Source: Hamiltosporidium tvaerminnensis FI-OER-3-3 (Eukaryota > Fungi > Microsporidia). From it: a stretch of 64,000 bases of DNA. The DNA is taken from the NCBI GenBank assembly GCA_022605425.2, contig CM061247.1, positions 1,550,001 to 1,614,000 of the forward strand, read 5' to 3'. Within the stretch, counting starts at the first letter, position 1; every line of letters begins with the position of its first letter. The position numbers were made by a program, and so were the translations under genes. The notes beneath the pieces were generated by a model, which saw only the letters and a program-made list of their open reading frames with translations, did no database searches and was not told the DNA's origin. Positions 13,755 to 25,989 of this stretch are shown piece after piece.

Positions 13755-16142
13755 ATGTATTTCAAAAGCAGAAAATTAAGAACTCTAACTGAAAAAAACC
13801 GACAGCGTATATTCCGGGGCTTGATTATCTATATATGCTCGATATACTCCACTACAGTAAGTTTTTTTGTTATTAACCATGAAAGTTGCATTTTTGATTT
13901 TATTGCTAACGATTCGATTTTAGAAACAAGTGAACAACAAAATAATTCAGTAAATTCTATTCATGCTGAAGAAAAAATAACTTTTCTAAAAAATGATATT
14001 ATACGTGTAGAATCTTACAATACAAATCCGAAATTCTATAATTCTTATATTGTAACGATACCTTATAAAGATTCTATGCTATTGAATTCCAAATATATAA
14101 AGGATTTATTTGTTTCCGATGCAAAAAATATTAGAATATGTTTTAAAAACGTTTCTTATACAGGATTGCTTCTGTTCCTTAAATTAATAGATAATCCAGA
14201 TGTTAGTATTAATCAAATGAAAATACAAGATTTTTTAGAAATTTTAATGTTTCTTACAATTTTAGATATTCAAAAAAGTAAAGAGAGAGATGGATTTTTG
14301 AAAGAAATATTACGAAACATTATATTTAGCATGGCAAATATAAATTCCAATTTCGATTATAAAAAATATTCTGAAAACTGTGGTTATGAATCCATAAAAA
14401 AATGCATCTTTAGAGATTTGTTTATATTCTTTATTGATACAGTAACATTTAAGAGCAGAAGAACTCAAAATTTCATGGTTTTTTCGGAAATAGCTGACCT
14501 TAGTATAAATTCTCCTTATATATATTTCTCTTCTAAAGAAATACCAAAAAATAATTCAAATAGTAAATTCTACTTAAGATTTGAAGCTAATGACATTGAA
14601 AATATCAGTAAAATAATTGAACAAGAATATTTAATAAATACTTGGATTTTTCTTAACAAGATCGCAAATATAGATATTCTTTATTTAATTTTTAACGAAA
14701 AATCAGCGTACAAAAAAGCAATCATATTATTTTCAAATGTGACATTCCACGCTGAAAACCTTTACATTTATTCTTACGAAAATCCAATAAAGTTATTTAT
14801 GAACAAAAACGTTACTCCTTTTTCGAAAAAGTTAAAAGTATTGAAATTAAAATGCAATTTTACAACCGAAGAAATTCGAAAACTTTTGAATGTATGTAAA
14901 ACAATAAGAGGGATTACGCTTAAAACTATAATTTTGGACTTCGAAATATTAGGTTTACTGATAGATTTTTTTATAAAAAATCCAGATAAACATTGCAAGG
15001 TTTTCTGTACAACATATATATTTTTTGGCACAACCATTCAATTCTTTAGAAATATTCAAAATAATCTTTCACTACATGCCATAAATTTTCAAAAAGGATC
15101 CGATATTGTGAATATATCTTTAGAATACATGCCTTTCTTCCAAACAGATAAATATTGTTATATACATACAAATAATTCAATAATTCCTAATAATTTTGTA
15201 TTTTTAGAACTTTCGAATTTCAAAAATCTAACTCTTAATTATAAACATTGTTCTTCGCCTTATAAACTGGATTGTAATGTTTTTACACCACTAAAATATT
15301 TGAAAACAGTAAAATATTTTACCTTACAAAATATTGTTATATGTGATGAACTGCTATTATATTTTTTAGAATCGAATACAATTGTTCTGTTTAGAGTCAT
15401 AGATTTTGTTTGTAATTATAGTTTAAAGTTTCTTGAGAATAATGATACATATAATAGAAAATTAGAAAGCATAAATTTTATTAATTCTCTATCATATTTT
15501 GATTTTGGCATAATGATTTATTTAAGTAGATTTGAGCGTGTAGTTGGTTTAAAATTGATAGATATAAGTATTAATTCCTTAAAAATATATTTAAAAAGCA
15601 TTTTCAACAATATCTTAGGTTCTAAATTTAAATTAATACACCAAATATATTTGCTAATTTTGAAAATTACGACGAAGTCTAGCACCAAAGAGAAATGCAA
15701 TATTTTTGAGTTGATTTCTGAGACATATGAAATTTCAGACCTTGTTCAAATTGAATACTGTGTTTACGAAATTACAGAAACCGATTATTATTTTTTCAGT
15801 AAAATGAAAAATCTGAAATTTATATCTATCTATGTTCGAAATCGATCAAAAATTATTGAATTTTGCAGGCTATTATATAATTACGAACCGGATATTACTA
15901 TTACTGATTTATATATCAATGTTAGTAGAATTCAAAAGAATGACATTAAAGCTTTTAAAAAACTAAAAAAACTGTCCGTATTGTCTTTACTGTGCGATAC
16001 AATTGATTATGAAACTGTCTCTATAATTAAAAAAAGTGATTTTAAAAAAACTGCGTTTATAATTCGGGCACCTGTTCGCGCCAACAGATCCGTCGAAATA
16101 AACACATATTTGGATTCTGAATTTCGAAACAATTTCCTTTAA
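13755..16142 (+). CDS. Lineage-specific 795-aa protein, N-terminal hydrophobic segment and degenerate LRR-like C-terminal half
   Basis: Long uninterrupted ORF in very AT-rich DNA; hydrophobic stretch GLIIYICSIYSTTVSFFVI; repeated LxxLxL-like motifs (KLKVLKLK, NFKNLTLN, NLKFISIY, KLSVLSLL). Confidence 0.8.
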   Translation: MYFKSRKLRTLTEKNRQRIFRGLIIYICSIYSTTVSFFVINHESCIFDFIANDSILETSEQQNNSVNSIHAEEKITFLKNDIIRVESYNTNPKFYNSYIVTIPYKDSMLLNSKYIKDLFVSDAKNIRICFKNVSYTGLLLFLKLIDNPDVSINQMKIQDFLEILMFLTILDIQKSKERDGFLKEILRNIIFSMANINSNFDYKKYSENCGYESIKKCIFRDLFIFFIDTVTFKSRRTQNFMVFSEIADLSINSPYIYFSSKEIPKNNSNSKFYLRFEANDIENISKIIEQEYLINTWIFLNKIANIDILYLIFNEKSAYKKAIILFSNVTFHAENLYIYSYENPIKLFMNKNVTPFSKKLKVLKLKCNFTTEEIRKLLNVCKTIRGITLKTIILDFEILGLLIDFFIKNPDKHCKVFCTTYIFFGTTIQFFRNIQNNLSLHAINFQKGSDIVNISLEYMPFFQTDKYCYIHTNNSIIPNNFVFLELSNFKNLTLNYKHCSSPYKLDCNVFTPLKYLKTVKYFTLQNIVICDELLLYFLESNTIVLFRVIDFVCNYSLKFLENNDTYNRKLESINFINSLSYFDFGIMIYLSRFERVVGLKLIDISINSLKIYLKSIFNNILGSKFKLIHQIYLLILKITTKSSTKEKCNIFELISETYEISDLVQIEYCVYEITETDYYFFSKMKNLKFISIYVRNRSKIIEFCRLLYNYEPDITITDLYINVSRIQKNDIKAFKKLKKLSVLSLLCDTIDYETVSIIKKSDFKKTAFIIRAPVRANRSVEINTYLDSEFRNNFL

Positions 16143-16779
16143 TCGATATTTCTATTTTTTTCCGCAATAATGGAAATATTTTGTATTGAAAAAATTCTAT
16201 ATTTTTTCAAACGAGAATCATATATCGGAAAAAAAAACAAGTTTAATTAAAAGATATCTATCTTATTTAATGAAATCGTATAATTTTCTTTAATTATTTT
16301 TCAGTAGTCTAAATTTTTAGCTTCATAAAAAAACCCCGCTTTGAGATATTTAGTTTTTTACATTTCGTTGTTATTCGATTAAGGTTTTGATTTGTATTTT
16401 CATAAATTTTTTGTTGATTAAATTTCTTTAGTTTACCATAGACTAGATTTCTGTATGGATTTTTTTTGTATTTAAAAATAAAAGCTAGGTAAGTTTTAGT
16501 ATGTAAGCCAAGGTTGTTAGAGGAATACAGGTAACTAAATCTTAAGCTCTTTAGTTGTCATTCTGACAAAGGCAAATGAATAATCTGCACATTTGGATTA
16601 CTTGATAATAAAATCGGCCTATATCTATACTGATGGTTTGTTTGGTGTTTTCATACCAGTGACTTCTAAATTTTAATAGTACATTTTGATGAGAAACATT
16701 CAAATAAAATGTTGTTTGTATTTATATTTATCAGTGACAAATAGCTATGAAAGAAGATAACCTCGATAAAACTATCTTT

Positions 16780-17407
16780 TCAGCAAAAATTAAATAAAAT
16801 TGGTTTGAAACAATAATTTGAATTTTTCGTAGGAAAAACAAGACTATTTTTTCGGTTGTTCCATGAGAATTAGTGTAGAGATAAAAAGTCTAAAAAAAGT
16901 ACAATTTTTGTAACCAATAGTTTGTTGCTTTTATTGAATGAGAAGTTATTGTTGATCATGTAGGTAAAATTATGAAACTTTGGGCTTGATTCTTCTGGAT
17001 TATATTGCTTAGCGCCTGGAAGATCTAAAAAACATACCAGTAGGAAAAAAAGGAAAGCCAAACAGCAAGTTGTAACCATAGTAGGACATAAAATTGCCTG
17101 GGGTTACTATATTTAAATCACAAGATATATCTTGGTCAAGTGTCTATCCAGTCTTGAAAGTGTACATTAGACTGGAACCCATTGGTTTGGGAAGCCTAAT
17201 GTAAGTCTTAAATAGCAAACACTCTCTGGAATATATATTGCGAACTTCTAAAAACAAGCCATGCAGTAAATAGGTTCTAAATCCTTTTTGGGTTTATAAA
17301 TTTAAGTCATACCGATAAAAAATCCAAGGGATATTATCCGAGGCAACCCTAAAACCGCGCTAATGTTATAAAAAAATATAAAATGTGCCATTTTTTAAAT
17401 AAAATCA
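16780..17407 (+). mobile_element. Structured-module element, copy C (old, divergent)
   Basis: CTTAGCGCCTGGA at 17008; end GCGCTAATGTTATAAAAAAATATAAAATGTGCCA..TTTTAAATAAAATCA matches copies A/B; upstream TTTGAATTTTTCGTAGGAAAAAAC resembles copy B near 34810. Confidence 0.6.
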
Positions 17408-19326
17408 CATAAAATTATGTTTTACTTTATATTTTTGATATTTTATTACAACTCATTCAAATTTAATTGTCACTTACTTGCTCATTTCTTCGAAACCTTT
17501 TTTTCTTCTTCGTATGTTATAATATATTAGCATTAAAATATTACATGAAATACTACTTTTTAGTTTTTGTTGATTAAAAAAAATTCTTGAAAGCGGAGTT
17601 TCTTGCAATAAAGAAAGTATAACTAATTATTTTTCAAACTTTTGATTTGATTAATTTGGAAAATAATAGTAGACCATGAGTTTTAAATACTTGGATTTCG
17701 CAAAACTATATAGAGCATACTATTCTTGCTATTTGAACAACTTTGTTTGAAGAAAATATAGTGGCATCGACTCATCTGCACGCATGTATTGGTTTTTTTG
17801 CTCTATAAAGATTTTTAAATCTTATTCAAGCTTATATAAGCTTGTTTTTGCAATTTTGATTAAAAAAATTATACATTCAAACCTTAAATCATATGTATGG
17901 CTTTTATTTTACCTTAGGCTTTATTATTTATAAATTTATTTTGTAAATTCATCAAACTTACTGTTTTCATTGTTTTTGAAACAAATAAAAAATCTTGCAT
18001 CTGGTAAACAAAATTGAGTAAATTATTTACCTGCACGTGTATTCTAAAAAAATCACTTCGAAATTATTCAAGGTACTTTGTTTTTAATTAGTCATACAAC
18101 TCCTTTTCTCTTCTTCACAATAAATTCTTGCTAAAAATAATGAACCATGGTTTTCATGTGTTCATAATTTCATTCTTGTATATTAAAAGATTGTATCGAA
18201 CCTATAACTTATGAAATTCGATTTATAAAATTTGAATTATTTTTGTGTTTTATGGTATTATTTAAAGAAAATATTTGGTTTTTCTGAGGTTGCTGGTATC
18301 GTTGTGTCGTTTTTCAATTATATTTAAATCTTGAGTTACGAATCTCACTAATCATAATTGGATATCAAATATTTCTATAACCTAAGGCTCTCTGTTCGAG
18401 TCATAGATTTACTTTCGTAATTATATATAAATTATCTTGTTTCTTTTTAAGCGGAGGTACTATAAAGACAAACAGATTAAATCAAGACTAATCAATAAAT
18501 AGATATGAGCTACTTCATTTTTTCGTTTCTATATACAGAAAACACACCAATATGTGGCTTCGAAAATTGACGCGATAATCGGATTGCCATCGAATTATAA
18601 TCTCAAAATTCTTAAATTATTTGTTAGACAAGATAAAATATTTTATTTAACGGCACCTGATCGGTTCAGTTACAGAAATTTTTATACTTTTATGGGAAAT
18701 TCGAGGTATAAGTTGAATCGATTCACATAAAATATCTATGATACAGCAAAACCTACTATAGCAGCAACCCCTATAGCTTATTCTTTGGTTTTTCGTTCTG
18801 TTAACAGATCTAAAGAATAATAGGAACATATATACAAGTATATATGGTTTTAAATAATGCTTCTTGCTTAATTAAAGGTTCTAAAAAATTTCAAGACAAT
18901 AGAGTTCACATCCAAGGTTTAATCTAGAAAGAAACGAATCATTATCGAACTTTTTGATCCAGAAAAGGTAATTTTCAAAAAGTGCTCTTCAACCATCGAC
19001 TTCTGTATGTCGTTTTTCGATTTACTTTATTTATAAAACACTGACTAAATTAACAAACCACAGTTCCTTTGTATTCTCCGATGTAATTATTTTTAAAAAA
19101 ACAATATTTTTTTTCGTTTCTCGGAACAATTAATATATTTTATCAAACAGAATTTTTGAAAATAACTAAAATTATAGATTAATAATGATTTTATTGTAAA
19201 TATATTTTTTTACTTAGAACAACAAAATGATTTCCAAAATTTATCAATTAAAAATAACATGCTCATTTAATATGTTTAGGCTGTTTAAAAACAACAGAAT
19301 TCAAAATAAATTATTTAAAAAAACAA

Positions 19327-20722
19327 TTTTATTTAATAAAATTCTGGGTTAAAACATTTTTACCATTTTTATATGTTTTCTTCTACCTCTTTAACCACTA
19401 TTGTCTCTTCTTCCAAATCCGACTCTTCATTTATGTTATTGGTCGGTTCCTCTAAAGTGGTTCCTCCTTGTGAAATAAGGGGTGCTTATTTTTTGGTTTA
19501 AAATTTTTTTTTTCACCATCTTCCTCTCTCTTCTCTTCTTTTAAAGGGGGTGTTGGTTCCTCATGCACCTCTGATCTCATAATAACACCCATTGACGCTC
19601 TCTCCCAGCTCTCTTCGGCATTTAGTCCTGACTCAAGTCCTCTTCGTCGATCAAAGGAAATTGTTTCGACTGTCTTCTTAAGTACTATAGACTGAATGTA
19701 TGCCTCTACATTCATGGGTATTTCTAGTCTTTTAAGATGAGATTTATGGTATTTTGTCACAATACCGTCCCAGGTCATCACATAAGGGATTATCTCAACA
19801 CTACACTTATAAATAAGACCCAACTCATTGGCTAACAGGTCATACTTCCTAAGTTTTTCAGTTTCAACTATTTGAAGTGAATCTTGGGAAGTGATTCCTA
19901 CTTCAATGAGTGTTATCTTATTCTTCTTCTTATCTAAAATAAATATGTCCGGTCTGTTATTCCGAATTTTAACATCAGTTTTAATTCTGGTGTCCACTCT
20001 TATCTCTGCGTACTCTTTATCAAGAATTTCTTGAACTGAGTGACTCCTTATTCGTTTGGAAGACTTAAACTTATATCTATTTAAGAGAAGTAAGTGTAGG
20101 CATCTAACCACTTCATTATGCCGTCTAGTGTAATCATGGCCTAGCATTTTTTCACATCTAGTTGCTAGATGATCTACAGTCTTACCAGACTTCCCACAAT
20201 GTTGACACACACCATCTGCTCCCCAGAATACATTTCTATCCTGGATATAGCAGAACACAGCTTCATTTCGTGGCCTAATATTTCCTCTCTTTAGCCATCT
20301 TGAAGAGTCACTAACACTCACAAGCTCATTTTTTCTTGCATTATATAACTTTGAATGAAGTTTTCGTTTTTCTATTTCGTTATATAGTTTTGCAAGTTGA
20401 GCTTCTTCTAAACTTTTCTTAGTGACTTCTTCTACCAACCTGTACTTTACTTTTAAGAAGCCTTTTATTAGTGCAAGATGGGATTTATTATTATTCTCCA
20501 CCTTGAGGATTGCTGCTCGTCTAGTTGATATTTCTTTACTTTTTTCCAGACAATCCAAGAGTTGCAGAAGCATATGTTCGCTTCGCAACTCAACACTATG
20601 TAAGCCTCTTCCAAGTTCTGTTCTAGGAAGGTATAAACGCTCTTTACATCCTGGGCGGAGATGTATCTTATTCTTCACCAACACCGCACGCACTGCATCA
20701 TCTAACTTAGAGAAGTCAGCCG
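19327..20722 (-). mobile_element. 5'-truncated R4/Dong-like non-LTR retrotransposon (CCHC knuckle + RLE domain), young insertion
   Basis: ORF 19452-20693 has RLYLPRxExGRGL, CxxC..HL..C, RHN, NRPD, IEV and KxxKY motifs. Exact 13-bp TSD TTTAAAAAAACAA (19314-19326, 20723-20735). Family 3' end CCCAGAATTTTATTAAATAAAA. Confidence 0.95.
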
Positions 20723-21159
20723 TTTAAAAAAACAAAATTCTAAATTTTTTTTAAGTTAAAATATTATTTTCATATTTTTTAGAAAATATTTTTTTTAAGA
20801 GTTCTTCGCAAACTTTTTACAGAAATAAAATTTATACCTTCGTAGAATAAAATGTATTATTTTAAATCTCTAAAAGTTCAAATTGTGATGAAAACTAGAA
20901 CGAATTCTTTATTCTCTGTAAATGTATACCGTTTTAATCTTTGTTTCAATTTATGTTTTTCTAAAAACTTTTTCTGTTTTAAGATTTACAAATATTTGAT
21001 TGTTAAAATTCCTTTGTAAAATCATTTCTTTTTTTACTTTAATTTTTAATCTCACGTTGAAGATATTGGAAGTCATATTTACATTTTTTGTGTATTTTTA
21101 TAAATATTTGTGAAATGGTAATATCATTATTCAGACTGATATTTAAATTCAGAAACATA

Positions 21160-21275
21160 AATATTTTATTAAATTTTAATAGATTTTATTAAATTTCATT
21201 TGATTTTCATACCGAATTTCATTAAATTTTATTAAATTTTATTAAATTTCATTGGATTTTCATACCGAATTTCAT
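21160..21275. repeat. AT-rich local tandem duplication (54-bp period built on TTTTATTAAA units)
   Basis: TTTTCATACCGAATTTCAT at about 21203 and 21257. Confidence 0.75.
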
Positions 21276-22503
21276 CACGCCAATAAAACAACAAATTAAT
21301 TCTTTAATTGTTAATAGATTCTGTGTCACACAACTATAGAAAATATTTAAAATATTAAATATCTTATATTTGGATGAAATTTGAAGAGAGAAATTAAAAC
21401 GAATGCACCAACAATTTAGACAATTCTCCTAATAATAAAAATGTAACTACTTGATACAAATAATGTGTAATTATCGTTTTTGCCAAATAAAAGAGAGGTT
21501 CAAAATATAAAAAATGTATGGAAAACAACAAAAACATCAATATTATAATAATAGAGAAATAGTTAAGCAAATTTAATCCATTTTATTACAAAAAACATGT
21601 TTTTTTGATTGAAATTTATGAGTTTTTTTTATTTCTAAAATTCTTCAAAAATTTTCAGAATTTAAGAATTTTTTTTAAAAAAAGGTGTAACAAGTAAAAA
21701 TTGATTGTTTATAAAAGTCTTAATTCCTTGTGAATCTCGTTGCTGTACTTTAAAATTTTTTTATATGTTTATAATTTTTAAGAAAATAAAAATGCTAAGA
21801 TTCATATTTCAATATCGAGGAAAGTAAAATTTATATTATAAAAATAATTTAAAGCACGAATTATTTGATACTGCATTATTCTACACACGATTTGTATGCT
21901 TGATTTTATCACATTCTTGGTTTTACTTATTCCATCTTGAATTCTTTATAAGATATAAATAAAATAGAAAATGGAAGAAGAAATAGAATTTTTAAAGAAT
22001 ATTTGGTCAGATAAATCAAGCATCAACAATCAGAAGGAACTGCGAAAGATTGATTATCATCATCCCAAGAAATTTATTATTAAAAAATTGTGGTCAGAAT
22101 GTATAAATCATCAGTCTTCAGACTGGGGCGATACGTCATTCATCATTCCAGGGGGACAAAAAAAAATAAATATTTATAGAAATTTTTTTATAAAAGTGCG
22201 GTTTTTTTTTAAAAAAAAGAGAATTCGCATTTTTATTGGAAAGTAAAAAAATTTTAAAAAAATAAGTAAACATTTAGGATTCATAAAATTGAAAGCAAGA
22301 GTATTTTAGTCAATACCAATAACAATATATTATAAATATTTGGTGTTTATTATCATAAAATATAAGTTTTTTTATTGCTTGAGAGATAAATGAAGAATCC
22401 GATTTTAAAAAGAAAATATATAGAAGTGTGGAAAAAATATATTTCTCAAAATATTTTCTTACTGAATTTACTTTTTAAAAAAAATAGAAAATAAATTGAA
22501 GAA

Positions 22504-24903
22504 TTAAATAATATTTTTAATTGTAACAACCTCATTATGATAACTGCACCAGCATTTTAATTTAATTAATATTTCATCGTAAAATGTTGATATTTCTAAA
22601 TTATGTGTAAAATTTAGGTAAATAAAAATATTGTCTAAGAAATTTTTGCAAGAAATAATATCTTCTTTTTGGAAAAAATCATCCGTTAAAATTTCATTTA
22701 AATAATATTTTTGGCTTTCTATAACAAAGTTTGTAAATTTTTTATGAGGATTTTTCAATAAATTTATTTCTTCTAAAAATTTAATTATTATTGATGCCTG
22801 TACTGATTTGCAAAAGCTTGATTTGAAAAAAACTGTAAAAATGTTGATTAAAAAGTTGTTTGAAACAAAATTAAGTGATTTTAAAAGTTCTGATTCGAGG
22901 AAATCTAATTTATCAACAATTTCTTCAAAAAAATCTTCAATATATCGTTTTGGTAGTGTTTCTTGGCTAAATATCCATTTTTTAAACGGTAAAAGTGATA
23001 TTTTCAATGTAAAAAACTTATTCATTTCTTTTTTAGTTAATGAAGTGATTTTTTCCATCAATAAATCTTCATTTACATCTGAATATGCTATTCTAGATAT
23101 TATAATACAGAAATTTATAGGTTTGGCTATTTTATAGACATTTAATTTTAGGTACTCTTTAAGAACATTACTATATATTTCTACATCAAAAAACGTTTCA
23201 ATTATTTCATTAATATTATACAATTTTATATATTTTTCTAATAATTTATTCCTTTCTTCAAAGCTAAAGTAATTTAATTTGTGAAGAATCGGTGGATTTT
23301 CAATTTCTTGATTTAAAAATTTATAAATTTCATTTAAAATTTCATATTTTTTTCGATAAATTTCACGTTTTGGTTTTATTTCATACTTTACGTAAAAAAT
23401 AAGATATTTTTCAAATATATATTCGAAAATTTCTGATTCCTCCCATTTTAAAGCGTATTTTAAGTATTCTTCTGAATTAAATAAATTAAAATCTACTTTT
23501 TTCCCAAATATTAGAAGCAAAATATTGTCAGAAAATATTTTGTTTTTAATGACTTCATTTATATCTTCTTTTATTATTATTTTTGATTTCAAATATAAAA
23601 AATATAAATCTTCACTTTTATAATTTTTTTCGTTTAAATTTTCTTTATGGATTATTTTTGATTTCAAATATAAAAAATATAAATCTTCACTTTTATGATT
23701 TTTTTCGTTTAAATTTTCTTTATGGATTATTTTTGATTTGTAATTCGGTGGATATAAATCACCGGTTTTATGATCGTTCTCTTCTATAAATTCATTATTG
23801 ATTATTTTTGATTGAGAATTTAAAAAATATGTATCGTGATTCTCTATACCGTTCTCCTCCAAATCTTTTGTAATATTTATTTTTGATTGAGAAGTTAAAA
23901 AATATGTATCGTGATTCTCTATACCGTTCTCCTCCAAATCTTTTGTAATATTTATTTTTGATTGAGAATTTAAAAAATATGTATCCTGATTCTCTATACC
24001 GTTTTCCTCCAAATCTTTTGTAATATTTATTTTTGATTGAGAATTTAAGGAATATGTATCCTGATTCTCTATACCGTTCTCCTCCAAATCTTTTGTAATA
24101 TTTATTTTTGATTGAGAATTTAAAAAATATGTATCCTGATTCTGTATACAGTCCTCGTCCAAATCTTTTGTAATATTTATTTTTGATTTATAATTTAAGG
24201 AATATAAATCATTATATTGTAATTCCTTGCCTTCAGAATTAGAAGTTTCAACATTTTTAAACCAATTAAATGGTATAAATTCATCTTTAAGTATTTTAAA
24301 TATTGAAATATCAAATAAATTATTTTTTACAAAAAATAAAACAATTCCTTTCCTAAATTCTGGTTGATTCATACAGAAATCAAAAATACATTTTTTACAA
24401 ATCAGTTCCAATATTTTATTATATTCTAGATTATAAATCTTTAATGGTTTATTTATTTGTAGAATTATACTAAATATTGCTACAGTTGTATTTATAATAT
24501 TTTGTGAATAAATATATTTTTTACACAACATTTCTACATTTCTATCTTTAATCTTTGCTCTTAAAAAACTTAAATATTCAATAGAATCGATAGATATAGT
24601 CATTAATTTACTTGTATCATTTAAAATATTTATATCAAACTCATAAAAAGTTTCTGAACTCGTAAAGTTTTTTAATGTAGGAATTTTTCTAAATATCTCA
24701 CTTAATGACATAATTTCTTCATTTTTATATTTTATTTTGGTGTCTTTATATTCATAAGTAGCCATAAAAATAGTTATTTCTTCTGTACTGAATTTATCTA
24801 AAATACTTAATATCTTAGACATGAATTCTAGCGATTGAACTACATTGGATTGATTTAAACCAATATATTCCAATATTTCTATATTTTTACTTTTAATACA
24901 CAT
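22504..24903 (-). CDS. Hypothetical 799-aa protein with internal 25-aa tandem repeats
   Basis: Long uninterrupted ORF; about 9 repeats of NSQSKINITKDLEENGIENQDTYFL / YLKSKIIHKENLNEKNHKSEDLYFL. No family recognised. Confidence 0.85.
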   Translation of the reverse strand: MCIKSKNIEILEYIGLNQSNVVQSLEFMSKILSILDKFSTEEITIFMATYEYKDTKIKYKNEEIMSLSEIFRKIPTLKNFTSSETFYEFDINILNDTSKLMTISIDSIEYLSFLRAKIKDRNVEMLCKKYIYSQNIINTTVAIFSIILQINKPLKIYNLEYNKILELICKKCIFDFCMNQPEFRKGIVLFFVKNNLFDISIFKILKDEFIPFNWFKNVETSNSEGKELQYNDLYSLNYKSKINITKDLDEDCIQNQDTYFLNSQSKINITKDLEENGIENQDTYSLNSQSKINITKDLEENGIENQDTYFLNSQSKINITKDLEENGIENHDTYFLTSQSKINITKDLEENGIENHDTYFLNSQSKIINNEFIEENDHKTGDLYPPNYKSKIIHKENLNEKNHKSEDLYFLYLKSKIIHKENLNEKNYKSEDLYFLYLKSKIIIKEDINEVIKNKIFSDNILLLIFGKKVDFNLFNSEEYLKYALKWEESEIFEYIFEKYLIFYVKYEIKPKREIYRKKYEILNEIYKFLNQEIENPPILHKLNYFSFEERNKLLEKYIKLYNINEIIETFFDVEIYSNVLKEYLKLNVYKIAKPINFCIIISRIAYSDVNEDLLMEKITSLTKKEMNKFFTLKISLLPFKKWIFSQETLPKRYIEDFFEEIVDKLDFLESELLKSLNFVSNNFLINIFTVFFKSSFCKSVQASIIIKFLEEINLLKNPHKKFTNFVIESQKYYLNEILTDDFFQKEDIISCKNFLDNIFIYLNFTHNLEISTFYDEILIKLKCWCSYHNEVVTIKNII
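23560..24215 (-). repeat. Coding minisatellite, 75-bp unit, about 9 copies in two sub-types
   Basis: TTTTGATT recurs at 75-bp spacing (about 23806, 23881, 23956, 24031, 24106, 24182). Confidence 0.95.
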
Positions 24904-25009
24904 TGTTTACGGTAAATTCATTTTTCTTTAAAAAATATAAAATTTTTATTGGTGCATAAACTAACAGATAAACACAAAAAACCATGTATTAGGTAAAAAT
25001 TTTTTTGTT

Positions 25010-25590
25010 CTCTAAACAGCCCTCGCTAAAGTAAGAATTATTTACAAGAGCCATTTTAAACAGTTGAAACGGAGAAATTCGGAAGTATAATATACTAACT
25101 AGCAAATGATTTGGGTCTTATTTATAAATTTAGCATGGATATAATTCCTTATGTGATAAACTAGGACGGTATTGTGACAAAATAACGTATGATATTGCTT
25201 TAAAGACTAAAAATACGCATAACATAGAGACACACATTCAGTCGATAGCTCTAACACATACAGTCGAAAAAATTTACTTTGATCAGCCAAAAGGATTTGA
25301 TTCAGGCTAAATGCTAAGAGAGCTGGAAAAGCGTCTCATTAAGTGTTAAAAAGGCCGAGATGCAAGACCAACCATTAGCTCCTTTAAAGCGAGTAAATAA
25401 CAAAGATGGGGTTAAAAAGTGAATACGGAAAATTTTTAGTCTTTCAATATTTTAGATTAGATAACCACAGTGAAAGAACCGACAATAAACATAAATGAAG
25501 CGGTGGATTTAGTAGAGGCTAATGAATTGATTAAAATTGTAGAGAAAATATATATTTAAGAGATAAAATCTTTTGCAACAGAATCCAATT
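25010..25590 (+). mobile_element. Degenerate 3' fragment of the R4-like element
   Basis: CTAGCAAATGATTTGGGTCTTATTTATAAA, GGACGGTATTGTGACAAAATA and GAGAGCTGG match the C-terminal region of the intact copies. Confidence 0.85.
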
Positions 25591-25989
25591 GACTAGAAAC
25601 ATTGCTATCATGTATTTATATGAGTGTTTACTGTAATTTCCTAATGAATTTCGCGGCCCATAATCCTCTTCTATACTCGATAATCTTCGTTATTTCCAGT
25701 ACATCTCTCTTTATATTTGATGTGTTTATATACCCCGTTATTTTTAATAATTCCCTCAAATCTCATATCTACACCTTAAAAATGAACAGATATTAAAATA
25801 AAAAGAAATAATTTTTTCTGCATGTTCCTTTCCCTAAGAATGCAAAAATCTAAAATAAAATTAGAGCTTTGCTCAATAACAGGAGGTTCCCAGACATTTT
25901 CTTTTGAAAGATTATGTTATCAGCCAAACAAAAAACTTGATTGTTCTAAGGATAAAAAGATGCTAATCAGGGGTAAACCCGGCCCTTTA

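Noticed and set aside
21971-22246. 91-aa ORF as a real gene
   Set aside because: No recognisable motif and it runs into homopolymer tracts; cannot be separated from a pseudogene or chance ORF.
23560-24215. CRISPR-like array
   Set aside because: Contiguous in-frame coding repeats with no unique spacers, no cas genes, eukaryotic context.
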